A stretch of DNA of 64,000 nt from Bacillota bacterium (GTDB taxonomy: Bacteria > Bacillota > Clostridia > Saccharofermentanales > Fastidiosipilaceae): contig JAEWGG010000033.1 in NCBI GenBank assembly GCA_023388435.1, positions 29,623 through 93,622 on the forward strand, in the 5' to 3' direction. A model generated the notes under the pieces. That model worked only from the letters and a program-made list of their open reading frames with translations. It had not been told where the DNA came from and made no database searches. Shown here piece after piece: positions 1 through 9,200 of the stretch. A program made the translations under genes and the position numbers. Each line of letters opens with the position of its first letter. Position 1 is the stretch's first letter.

Positions 1-4
1 CCTG

Positions 5-562
5 ATGATGTACGGCGGGGCTGAGCAGTGGCTGTCCTTACCGAGCCTGCGGGACTTCGCCCGCCAGCTCCCAGAATATATGAACAGCATCGAATGGCCG
101 CACTTCCTCTTCGACCTGCACAATATGCAGGATCGCCGCAGCTACTTTGACACAGTGATCGAATACCTGGAACTCTGCTTGCAGCGTGGATTACAGGTCA
201 TTCCCCAGGCCCGGGAAGCGGCTGTTGAGCAGCTTCCTGCCGACGCTGTGGGAGAGCCTGAAGAAGCGTTTGCAGAGGGCTCGGAAGCCGGCCCTGAGCA
301 GGGTACAGAAGGGGCGGAAGAGCTGGAAGAGCTGGGCGCTGCGGCTGGCAGTTTTGAGGCCATTGCGGCTGATGACGCCCTGGATGCATATCTGGATGGA
401 GCTGCTGGGGAGGAGCCCGAGGAAGACGAGGGACAGGAAGAAGCCGCCGTTCCAGAGTATTTGGCAGAGGGAACTCAGGAGGAGGACGAACTCTTTCCGA
501 GCGACTGGGCTCGCCGCCACGCTGGGGACTCTGAGCTCAGCGCTGAGGACTCCCATGGCTGA
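5..562 (+). CDS. hypothetical protein with strongly acidic C-terminal half (may be 5'-truncated by the window edge)
   Basis: ORF is open to the left edge (no in-frame stop before ATG at 5). The C-terminal ~110 aa are very Asp/Glu/Ala-rich. Its TGA overlaps the next start (ATGGCTGA). No family recognised by eye. Confidence 0.4.
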   Translation: MMYGGAEQWLSLPSLRDFARQLPEYMNSIEWPHFLFDLHNMQDRRSYFDTVIEYLELCLQRGLQVIPQAREAAVEQLPADAVGEPEEAFAEGSEAGPEQGTEGAEELEELGAAAGSFEAIAADDALDAYLDGAAGEEPEEDEGQEEAAVPEYLAEGTQEEDELFPSDWARRHAGDSELSAEDSHG

Positions 563-1982
563 GCCCCAGCCCTACCGCGTAGCCCTCGTCAATCTGGGCT
601 GCCGCGTCAATCGCTATGAGGCGGATGCCGTCCTCCAACAGTTTCGGGCCCTCGGCTTCACGGTGGTCGACTACCAGGAGGCGGCGGATGTCTATGTCGT
701 CAACAGCTGCGCCGTAACGGGTGAGGCCGTACGAAAGTCTGGCCAGTTCCTGCGCCGGGCCCGCCGCAGGAATCCCCAGGCCCTGGTCGTGGCCATGGGC
801 TGCGTCCAGGCCCTGGAGGGCGCCCACTGCGACGCGGACCTTTCCATCGGCTCCAAGGGCAAGGGCCGCTTGGCGGCTGAGGTTCTGAAGCTGCTCCAGG
901 CCCGCGGGCAGGTCCAGGCCCCCTCGCTTGTGGACTGGCTCTCCGCTCCGGAGCGTTCAGGCTATTTTTTACAGGGCCGCCGACAGAAGCCTGAGGGCGG
1001 ACCCAGTGCTCAGCGCTATGCCGATTTTGAGGAGCTGGGTCACGTCGCCCAGCAAACGGAGAGTAGAGCCTTCATAAAAATCCAGGATGGCTGTAACCAG
1101 TTTTGCACCTACTGCACCATCCCCCTGGCCCGGGGCCGTATCGCCAGCCGTCGTCCTGAGGAGGTGCTGGCTGAAGCGCGGGAGCTCGTGGCAGCTGGCT
1201 ATCAGGAAATTACCCTCACCGGCATCCATATCTGTTCTTACGGCCAGGACCGTGGCGAGGGCATTGCCGCCCTCATGGATCTCTGTGCTGCGCTGACCAG
1301 CCTGGAAGGCCTGGAGCGCCTGCGTTTTGGCTCCATGGAGCCCCTGTCCATTACGCCCGAATTTCTGGAGCGCTTCGCCCAGAACCCTAAGCTCTGCCAT
1401 CACCTCCACCTCTCTCTGCAGAGCGGTTCAGAGGCTGTTCTCACCCGCATGGGACGCAACTACCGCCCCGCCGACTATCGGGCCATAGTCCAGGGCCTGC
1501 GCGAGCGCATGCCAGACTTCGAGATCAGCACGGATATCATCTGCGCTTTTCCGGGTGAAAGTCCAGCCCAGCACCAGGAGAGTCTGGACTTTTGCCGTGA
1601 GATGCGTTTTTCGCACATGCACATCTTTCCCTATGCCCCCCGGCCGATGACCGCCGCAGCCCGCATGCCGGAACAGCTGAGTAAGGAGGTCAAGCAGGCC
1701 CGCTGCCAGGACTTTGCCACTTTGGAGCAGAGTCTGCGCCAGGAGCGTCTGGAGAGCCAGCTCGGTAGGGAGCTGAGCCTGCTGGTTGAGGAGGAGCTGG
1801 AGACGGCGGAGGGCCGCTATTGGGCTGGCTACAGTGACAGCTACCTTCCCTTGCGCTACCGGCGTCCCGAGGGCAGCCCCCGTCTGGCTGAGCTGCTTGA
1901 AAAGAGCGGTAAGCGGACCCTGCTCCTTCCGGTCAAGGCTGTCGGCTGCACCGGGGACCATGTCCTGGTCCAGCCCCTCTAA
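555..1982 (+). CDS. mtaB: MiaB-family radical-SAM methylthiotransferase, MtaB-like
   Basis: N-terminal MTTase domain (YRVALVNLGCRVNRYEADAV), radical-SAM CxxxCxxC (DGCNQFCTYCTIPLARGR) and a C-terminal TRAM-like part. Start set at ATG 555 (MAEPQPY); the 186-554 extension in the track overlaps the upstream gene in another frame. Confidence 0.8.
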   Translation: MAEPQPYRVALVNLGCRVNRYEADAVLQQFRALGFTVVDYQEAADVYVVNSCAVTGEAVRKSGQFLRRARRRNPQALVVAMGCVQALEGAHCDADLSIGSKGKGRLAAEVLKLLQARGQVQAPSLVDWLSAPERSGYFLQGRRQKPEGGPSAQRYADFEELGHVAQQTESRAFIKIQDGCNQFCTYCTIPLARGRIASRRPEEVLAEARELVAAGYQEITLTGIHICSYGQDRGEGIAALMDLCAALTSLEGLERLRFGSMEPLSITPEFLERFAQNPKLCHHLHLSLQSGSEAVLTRMGRNYRPADYRAIVQGLRERMPDFEISTDIICAFPGESPAQHQESLDFCREMRFSHMHIFPYAPRPMTAAARMPEQLSKEVKQARCQDFATLEQSLRQERLESQLGRELSLLVEEELETAEGRYWAGYSDSYLPLRYRRPEGSPRLAELLEKSGKRTLLLPVKAVGCTGDHVLVQPL

Positions 1983-2034
1983 GTCTTTGGCTGGACGGGC
2001 CTGCTACAAGCCTGCTAACTGTGAAGAAAGTACA

Positions 2035-2067
2035 GAAAAGTCCCCGCCTTCGGGGACTTTTCTTGTT
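2035..2067 (+). terminator. rho-independent terminator after mtaB
   Basis: AAAAGTCCCCG-CCTT-CGGGGACTTTT hairpin followed by a T-rich run. Confidence 0.75.
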
Positions 2068-2105
2068 TAATACAGATGATATTCTAGAATTACGCATATT
2101 ATCTA

Positions 2106-2133
2106 TTGAAAATTCACTTATAGCGTTTATAAT
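2106..2133 (+). promoter_or_regulatory. sigma-70-type promoter of the ABC transporter operon
   Basis: TTGAAA (2106-2111), 16-nt spacer, TATAAT (2128-2133), in an AT-rich stretch ~30 nt upstream of the start at 2162. Confidence 0.6.
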
Positions 2134-2161
2134 GCCTTTTATAAGCAAATGGAGGTTCCCA

Positions 2162-3028
2162 ATGAAACGTCTTGTTAGCAGTCTTTGCATCGCCCTGATC
2201 AGCCTGGGCAGTCTCGCTGCCTGTGGGGGCGGTCAGAGTTCTGAGGTAAATAAGCCCCAAACAGAACTTAGCAAACTGGCTGGTCCTGAGGACCTGAAGC
2301 AGGTTCAGATCGCCGTCCAGCGTGGCACAGTCGGTGAGACCCTGGCCCAGGAGCTCCTGGGAGATAAGGCTCAGGATCAGCTGCTCAGCTTTGAACTTTA
2401 CCCCCAGGCCATCGAGGCCCTGAAACAGCACAAGGTCCAGGCCATCATCATGGACGAGAAGCCCGCCCAGGCCTACTTGTCCAGTAATAAGGACAGCCTC
2501 ATGATCCTGCCTGAGCCGATTCAGGAAGAGTCCTACGCCATCGGCATTAAAAAGGGCAACAGCGAATTGAAGCAGGCTGTGGACAAGGCCCTGAAAGAGC
2601 TGAAGAGCAATGGGGAGCTGGAGAAGATCTTTGCCAAATATGAGGGCAAGGAGCAGACGGAACTGGCGGCGTTTAAGGCCAGTGACATCGACCTCAATCC
2701 CGAAGGAAAGAAGGGGAGTCTGATCGTCGGCTTGAAGCCGGACTTCCCACCCTATGAGTACCTGGATTCGCAGGGGGGCTATCTGGGCATCGACGTGGAG
2801 CTCTCGGCGGCCCTGGCCAAGGCCCTGGACTACAAGCTGGAATTCCGCAACATGGCTTTTGACGCCCTCCCGGCGGCCCTCAACGCGGGGCAGGTGGATC
2901 TGATCTGCTCGGGTCTGACCGTCACCGAGGAGCGCCTGAAGAATATGGATTTCTCGGAAGTCTATTATGAGGGGGCCAAGCAGGTGGCCCTCATCCTGAA
3001 GGCGAATTACGCGGGGGTGAAGCAGTGA
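2162..3028 (+). CDS. polar amino-acid ABC transporter substrate-binding lipoprotein (family-3 SBP, domain order apparently permuted)
   Basis: Signal peptide with lipobox (MKRLVSSLCIALISLGSLAAC). SBP_bac_3-type motifs are present but in swapped order (see findings). SD GGAGG lies 6 nt upstream of ATG 2162. GTGA overlap with the permease gene. Confidence 0.75.
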   Translation: MKRLVSSLCIALISLGSLAACGGGQSSEVNKPQTELSKLAGPEDLKQVQIAVQRGTVGETLAQELLGDKAQDQLLSFELYPQAIEALKQHKVQAIIMDEKPAQAYLSSNKDSLMILPEPIQEESYAIGIKKGNSELKQAVDKALKELKSNGELEKIFAKYEGKEQTELAAFKASDIDLNPEGKKGSLIVGLKPDFPPYEYLDSQGGYLGIDVELSAALAKALDYKLEFRNMAFDALPAALNAGQVDLICSGLTVTEERLKNMDFSEVYYEGAKQVALILKANYAGVKQ

Positions 3029-3846
3029 GCCGGACCACTCTGGGCCGGCGCGGACAGAGCTGGGCCAGTGTCCTGATCTGGCCACTCTGCTTCCTGGGCC
3101 TGCTGCTCATGATTCTCCCTGGGCCGCTGTTTCAGGTCTCTTCCTGGCACTTGTTGGCCCAGCGTTTCCAGCAGAACTTTCTGGAACAGGGACGTTACTG
3201 GCTACTGATTAAAGGCCTGGGCAACACGCTGCTGATCACCCTCGGCGCAACCCTGATGGGCATAGTCCTCGGTCTCATGATGAGCCTTTTTCGCGTCCTG
3301 CACCAGGCCAATGGCCGCTTTGCCTTTTTGGACGCCCTGGCCCAGGCCTATGTCACCGTAATCCGTGGTACGCCGATCATGGTGCAGCTGCTGATCTGGT
3401 ATTTCACGATTTTTTCTTCACTCCGCCACGTGAATGGGGTGGCCCTGGCCATCCTGGCCTTCGGTGTGAACTCCGGGGCCTACGTCGCCGAGATTTTTCG
3501 TGCCGGTATTCAGTCCATTGACGGGGGACAGATGGAGGCGGGCCGTTCTCTGGGTCTGAGCTACGCCCGAAGCATGCGCCGCATCATCCTGCCACAGGTC
3601 CTGCGCCAGAGTCTGCCCGTGCTGATCAACGAGTTCATCGCCCTCCTGAAGGAGACGTCCATCGCCGGTTACGTGGCCGTGGATGAGCTGACCCGCGCGG
3701 CCCAGAATATCCAGAATCTGACCCTTGAGAGCAGCCAGCCCCTGCTCATGGCCGCCCTGATTTACCTGCTGATTGTCGTCAGTCTGACGGCCCTGGTCAA
3801 GCGCATCGAAAGGGGGTTCCAACGCAGTGAACGCCAAGCCGCATAA
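3025..3846 (+). CDS. polar amino-acid ABC transporter permease (HisM/GlnP type)
   Basis: Multi-TM protein with the EAA-loop-like motif ([22 protein letters not shown]) typical of BPD_transp_1 amino-acid permeases. Confidence 0.85.
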   Translation: MSRTTLGRRGQSWASVLIWPLCFLGLLLMILPGPLFQVSSWHLLAQRFQQNFLEQGRYWLLIKGLGNTLLITLGATLMGIVLGLMMSLFRVLHQANGRFAFLDALAQAYVTVIRGTPIMVQLLIWYFTIFSSLRHVNGVALAILAFGVNSGAYVAEIFRAGIQSIDGGQMEAGRSLGLSYARSMRRIILPQVLRQSLPVLINEFIALLKETSIAGYVAVDELTRAAQNIQNLTLESSQPLLMAALIYLLIVVSLTALVKRIERGFQRSERQAA

Positions 3847-4630
3847 ATCCGCTCCGGCCGCACAGGAGCAAGCTGAGAGTCGGAAGGACCAGCCGCTGCT
3901 GGAAGTCCGCAATCTGCATAAGTCTTTCGGGGACCTCCAGGTGCTCCGGGGCCTGGACTGCCGGGTCTACCCAGGTGAGGTCCTGGCCATCATCGGCCCC
4001 TCAGGCTCAGGGAAGAGCAGCTTCCTCCGCTGTCTGAATCGCCTTGACCAGGCTGAGAAGGGGGCTGTTTACTTCCGTGGCCAGGACGTCTTGAAGGCCA
4101 GGGAAAAAGAGCTGAATCAGCTGCGCCAGCACATGGGGATGGTCTTTCAGCACTTTAATCTCTTTCCCCACCTGTCGGTGGTGGAGAACCTCTGCCTCGC
4201 CCCACAGGAACTCCGACTCATGGGGGCCCAGGAGGCCCGGGAGGAGGCCATGAAGCAGCTGCGGGCCGTAGGGCTTGAAGCCAAGGCTGAGGCCTATCCC
4301 AAGCAGTTGTCGGGAGGCCAGAAGCAGCGGGTGGCCATCGCCCGCGCCCTCATGCTCCAGCCCGACCTCCTGCTTTTTGACGAGCCCACGTCGGCCCTTG
4401 ATCCTGAGATGGTTCAGGAGGTCCTAAATGTCATGCAGGGCCTGGCCCAGGAGGGGATGACCATGCTCGTGGTCACCCATGAGATGCACTTCGCCCGCCA
4501 GGTCGCCAGCCGCGTCCTTTTTATGGATGAGGGACTGATTGTGGAGGAGGGGACGCCGGAGCAGATTTTTACCCAGCCCAGACAGGAGCGCACACGGGCC
4601 TTCTTGTCCCGTCTCAGCCCTCGCACCTAG
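3827..4630 (+). CDS. polar amino-acid ABC transporter ATP-binding protein (GlnQ type)
   Basis: Walker [10 protein letters not shown], signature [15 protein letters not shown], Walker [14 protein letters not shown]-loop VTHEM. GTG start overlaps the permease 3' end by 20 nt. Confidence 0.9.
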   Translation: MNAKPHKSAPAAQEQAESRKDQPLLEVRNLHKSFGDLQVLRGLDCRVYPGEVLAIIGPSGSGKSSFLRCLNRLDQAEKGAVYFRGQDVLKAREKELNQLRQHMGMVFQHFNLFPHLSVVENLCLAPQELRLMGAQEAREEAMKQLRAVGLEAKAEAYPKQLSGGQKQRVAIARALMLQPDLLLFDEPTSALDPEMVQEVLNVMQGLAQEGMTMLVVTHEMHFARQVASRVLFMDEGLIVEEGTPEQIFTQPRQERTRAFLSRLSPRT

Positions 4631-4772
4631 TTTTGTAAGAAGTATAGGTAAAATCAGCCTATGCTCCGCTCTTTTTGTGCCAGCAGGGGATAAACGTGTT
4701 AGAATGTGATAAAACATTAAATCCTTTCGCCCCCGTCTGTTCTATAGCGGGGAGGAGAGAAGAGGAGGTCAC

Positions 4773-5948
4773 ATGTCTGACAAGAAGCAAATCGCCCTCG
4801 ATAAGCACCGTGAGTGGAGAGGCAAGGTTGAAGTCATCGCCAAGGCTCCAGTAGGTAGCCGTGAAGAGCTGGCCATCGCCTATACCCCAGGTGTCGCTGA
4901 GCCCTGTTTGGAAATTTCTAAGGACGTCGACAAGTCCTACGAGTACACGCGCCGCTGGAACCTGGTTGCGGTCGTCACGGACGGCACGGCCGTCCTGGGA
5001 CTGGGAGATATCGGTCCCGAAGCTGGCATGCCGGTAATGGAAGGTAAGTGCGCCCTGTTTAAGGCCTTCGGCGACGTCGACGCCTTCCCGCTCTGCGTGC
5101 GGTCCAAGGATGCGGACGAGATCGTGCGGACCATCGAGCTGCTGGCCGGCTCCTTCGGTGGCGTAAACCTGGAGGACATCTCCGCCCCCCGCTGTTTCGA
5201 AATTGAGCGCAAGCTCAAGGAGCGCTGTGATATCCCGATCTTCCACGACGACCAGCACGGAACCGCCGTAGTCACCCTGGCGGGGCTGATCAACGCCCTG
5301 CGCGTGGTCGGCAAGAAGCTGGAGGAGGTCCGGGTCGTGATCAACGGCGCCGGAGCCGCGGCCATCGCCATCACGAAGTTGCTGATCGCCTGTGGTCTGC
5401 GCCATGTGGTGCTCTGCGACCGTAAGGGTGCTGTCTATGCGGGGCGCGAGGGCCTGAATGAGGCCAAGGAAGAGATTGCCGCGCTGACGAACCAGGAGCG
5501 CCAGGCTGGCCAGCTGGTCGACGTCATCAAGGGTGCCGACGTCTTTATCGGTGTTTCCGCCCCAGGCGTGCTGACTGAGGAAATGGTCAAGACCATGGCT
5601 GAGAAGGCCGTCGTCTTCGCCTGCGCGAACCCCGTTCCGGAGATCTACCCCGACCAGGCCAAGGCCGCCGGGGCCGCCGTTGTCGCCACCGGGCGCTCGG
5701 ACTTCCCGAACCAGATCAACAACGTGCTGGTCTTCCCGGGTGTCTTCCGCGGCGCTCTGGACGTCCGTGCGAAGGACATCAATGATGAGATGAAAATCGC
5801 TGCCGCCTACGCCATCGCCGAGCTGATTTCTGAGGCTGAGGTGGGCCCGGAGAACATCATCCCCGAGGCCTTCGATCCCCGGGTCAAGGACGCTGTGGCC
5901 GAGGCGGTCGCAGAGGCGGCCCGCAAGAGCGGCGTGGCTCGTATCTGA
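4773..5948 (+). CDS. NAD(P)-dependent malic enzyme (short, ~390-aa form)
   Basis: ELAIAYTPGVAEPC, FGGVNLEDISAPRCFEIE and the Rossmann motif VINGAGAAAIA are typical of bacterial malic enzymes. SD GAGGAGG upstream. Confidence 0.85.
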   Translation: MSDKKQIALDKHREWRGKVEVIAKAPVGSREELAIAYTPGVAEPCLEISKDVDKSYEYTRRWNLVAVVTDGTAVLGLGDIGPEAGMPVMEGKCALFKAFGDVDAFPLCVRSKDADEIVRTIELLAGSFGGVNLEDISAPRCFEIERKLKERCDIPIFHDDQHGTAVVTLAGLINALRVVGKKLEEVRVVINGAGAAAIAITKLLIACGLRHVVLCDRKGAVYAGREGLNEAKEEIAALTNQERQAGQLVDVIKGADVFIGVSAPGVLTEEMVKTMAEKAVVFACANPVPEIYPDQAKAAGAAVVATGRSDFPNQINNVLVFPGVFRGALDVRAKDINDEMKIAAAYAIAELISEAEVGPENIIPEAFDPRVKDAVAEAVAEAARKSGVARI

Positions 5949-6023
5949 GCCTTTCCCGCCCCTCCCGGCGCGGGAGTCCACAGTGGCGGACCCACGTGCT
6001 GCGAACTGAGCTTTTAAAGATGG

Positions 6024-6058
6024 AGAGGAGTTCTGGCTGGACCAGGGCTCCTCTTTTT
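6024..6058 (+). terminator. rho-independent terminator after malic enzyme gene
   Basis: AGAGGAG...CTCCTCT stem with inner CTGG/CCAG pairs, followed by TTTTT. Confidence 0.65.
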
Positions 6059-6145
6059 CTGTGCAGTTTATTTAAGAACGGGCTATTTAAACGGGTCTAT
6101 TTGCCTAAACTTGCTCCTGCTTTTAGTAAACTTGCGCTGGACCTT

Positions 6146-6154
6146 TGGTAGAAT
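6146..6154 (+). promoter_or_regulatory. extended -10 element (TGgTAGAAT) upstream of the GH101 gene
   Basis: TGGTAGAAT lies ~95 nt upstream of ATG 6248. No good -35 seen. Confidence 0.4.
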
Positions 6155-6247
6155 CGAAGTGAAATTTGTCGATCTTGGAGAAAGCTGGGCCAGACGCCCC
6201 GCCAGACCCGACAGACTGCCGCTGAAGCGGAGGATAAGGAGAGGATT

Positions 6248-9200
6248 ATGTTCAAGAGGCATCGGAACTTAGTGCGGCTGGCAGCCGTCCTACTCACGGC
6301 TAGTATGGGTCTGACCCTGTTCCCACATGCGGGCCTCCTCCAGGCCGGGGAGCTTGTGTCTGCTCCGTCCCAGTCCTTGAGTCTGGAGTCTGAGCAGGGG
6401 GAGGCTGGCGCTAATAGCTCCGCGCCTGCTCCTGACTTAGGAGAAAGTCCGTCCGCAGAGGCGAGCCCAGTCCAGTCTGAGACAGGGAGCACGGGGGAGA
6501 ATAGCGCGGCATCAGAGCGGGGAAGGGACGAGGAGCTGAGGGACTCGGGCGAGACCGAAGCTCAGGAAGAGCCTGGCAGGTCTGCTGCACTTGAGACGCC
6601 GACAGTGGCTCTGAGCTCCGGGACAGAGGCTGAGCAGAGCGCCCAGGAGGCCCGTTCGCGCCGGCGCCGCGAGGCCGCCCAGACCACGCCAGAATGGACT
6701 TTGGATCCAGCTGCGGAGAAGGGCGATGAGACTCTCAGCCTGGAGGAGGGCTGGTGGCGCTTCGCCTCGAGCAGTAAGAATGGCAATAGTACGACGAACC
6801 CGGCCCAGTATCCGGCCATCGCCATTTTCAAGAACGAATATGACTTCAGTCAGGCGGGACAGCTGGAGCTGACAATTAAAGCCAACAAGGCGGGCACGAG
6901 CAACCGCTTTGGCTTTTATCTGGGTTATAAGGACCCCAATAACGGCCTCTTCATCGGCTATGATGCAGCCGGCTGGTTCTGGCAGCGCTACGGGGCCGAC
7001 GGCCAGTGGATGCAGGGCGCGCGAACAGCTGCCCCCGCAGCCCAGTCCGAGCAGCAGATTCAGATCAGCTGGGATGGGGCGAAGGCCACGCTGCTCATCG
7101 ACCAGGAGAAGGCCCTCGAGGTGGACTACAGCTCGATGAAAAATCTCTCCAGGAAGCTGGCCATCAAGGGCGGTACCTACGGCAGCGACAATACGGATGT
7201 ATCCATACGCGCCACGGAGCAGGCCCCGCCTGCCACGGAGGAGCCCGCCACTCCGGCGAAGCTCATCGCCCCCGAGGACATGGAGGTCCTGCAGAATGCG
7301 GAGCTCAGAGTCAATGTTTTTAAGAAGTTTCCCCTCGCCGTCGACTATGAGCTGCTACAACTCGGCAAGAAAAAGTTCCACGGCCAGGTTCTGGACCAGC
7401 GGCTGGTCGCCATCAATGGCCAGAGCGTGGAACTTGGGGATGCCGAGGTCCAGTACAGCCGGGTCTCAGATGTGGAGGCCCAGTACATACTGACGGTGAA
7501 GCAGGCCGAACAGCAGATAGATGCCCAGGTCACAGCCAGGCTCCGCTTGGAGGGACGGGCCCTGCACTTCGACATCACGGCGATTGAGAACAAGGCTGGA
7601 GAGGAGCATCCAGTACAGACCCTCAGCTTTCCCCAGCAGAGCCTGATTTCCATTCGCAGCAATCAGGCGGGGGCCCAGTTCAGCGGGGCCCTGATGAGCT
7701 CCGATACGACGAAGCCTGGCGATGAGCACTTCAGCTTGCAAAAAAACACAGAGATGAGGGATAGGGATTATACCTACGCCTTCATCTCCGCTGACGGCCT
7801 GTCCGCAGGACTCTGGTCGAACTCCGAGCACGACGGTCGCGCCGTGGCCGCCCCGGTGCGCGGCGGCTCCCAGAACACCCGTATCATGGCCAGCACCCAG
7901 CAGGTCGAGGGGGAGCAGTCCCTCGGCCTGACTTCCGCACCGTGGTTCTACCACCGGCGGGTGAAGGACTCGCGTGGGCGGAGCTATATCGTCCCTGAGA
8001 CCGACATGCCGAAGTCTGCGGTGATTTTTGCCGCCGACGAGAACGGGGATGGACAGGTCAACTGGCAGGATGGCGCTGTGGCCTACCGCAGCATTATGAA
8101 TAATCCTTACAAGTCCGAGGAGGTGCCTGAACTGGTGGCCTGGCGCATTGCCATGAACTTCGGCTCCCACGCCCAAAACCCCTTCCTGACCACCCTCGAC
8201 AATGTGAAAAAGGTCGCCCTGCACACCGACGGGCTCGGCCAGTCGGTCCTGCTTAAGGGTTACGGCAGTGAGGGCCACGATTCGGGCCACCCCGACTATG
8301 GGGACATCGGCTTCCGCATCGGCGGGGCCAAGGATATGAATACGCTGATGCGTGAGGGGCGCAAGCTCGGCGCACGCTTCGGCGTCCATGTCAACGCCAG
8401 TGAAATGTATCCGGAGGCTAAGGCTTTTAGCGATGAGCTCGTGCGCCGCCGCGCGGACGGCAGTTTGAGCTACGGCTGGAACTGGCTGGATCAGGGAATA
8501 GGTATCGACGGCATCTACGACCTGGCTACAGGGGCCCGTGAGCAGCGCTTTCAGGAACTTAAAGACCAGGTTGGCGACCACATGGACTTCATCTATCTGG
8601 ACGTCTGGGGCAACCTGACTTCTTCTGGCTCCGAGGACTCCTGGGAAACCCGTAAGATGTCCAAGATGATCAATGACCGCGGCTGGAGAATGACCACGGA
8701 GTGGGGCCCTGGAAATGAGTACGACTCCACCTTCCAGCACTGGGCCACCGATCTGACCTACGGCGGCAAGGGCTTCAAGGGCGCCAACTCACAGATCATG
8801 CGCTTCCTGCGCAACCACCAGAAAGACAGCTGGGTGGGGGACTATCCCAGTTATGGAGGAGCGGCCAACGCCCCCCTGCTCGGTGGCTATAACATGAAGG
8901 ATTTCGAGGGTTGGCAGGGTCGTAATGACTACGACGCGTACATTAAAAACCTTTATACCCACGACTTGAGCACGAAGTTTATCCAGCACTTCCAGATTCA
9001 GCGCTGGGTGAACAATCCGCTGCTGGCCTCTACCGCTGAGGATCCGAAGAGCAATGGGGGCAATGAGGAAATCACCTTGGCGGACAGGCAGGGCAACAGC
9101 CTGGTGATCCGCCGTGGCTCCAACGACCAGGGCAGCAGCGACTACCGCCTGCGCGAGATGCTGCTCAACGGTAAGACTGTCAGTCGTGGCCGTGTCTCCC

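Noticed and set aside
186-554. N-terminal 123-codon extension of the mtaB ORF in the track
   Set aside because: It overlaps the upstream acidic-protein gene in a different frame, is Arg/Lys/Leu-rich junk, and MtaB homologs begin near MAEPQPYRVAL (ATG 555).
4659-5981. 440-aa minus-strand ORF covering the whole malic enzyme gene
   Set aside because: Antisense shadow ORF typical of GC-rich DNA. The translation is low-complexity (Gly/Asp/Leu/Arg-rich) with no motifs, while the plus-strand frame has clear malic-enzyme motifs and an SD.
7466-8740. 424-aa minus-strand ORF inside the GH101 gene (plus several 70-200-aa ORFs on both strands between 6500 and 12100)
   Set aside because: They are embedded in one uninterrupted 1961-codon frame with a coherent domain architecture. 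The alternative frames are Arg/Pro/Gly-rich GC artefacts.
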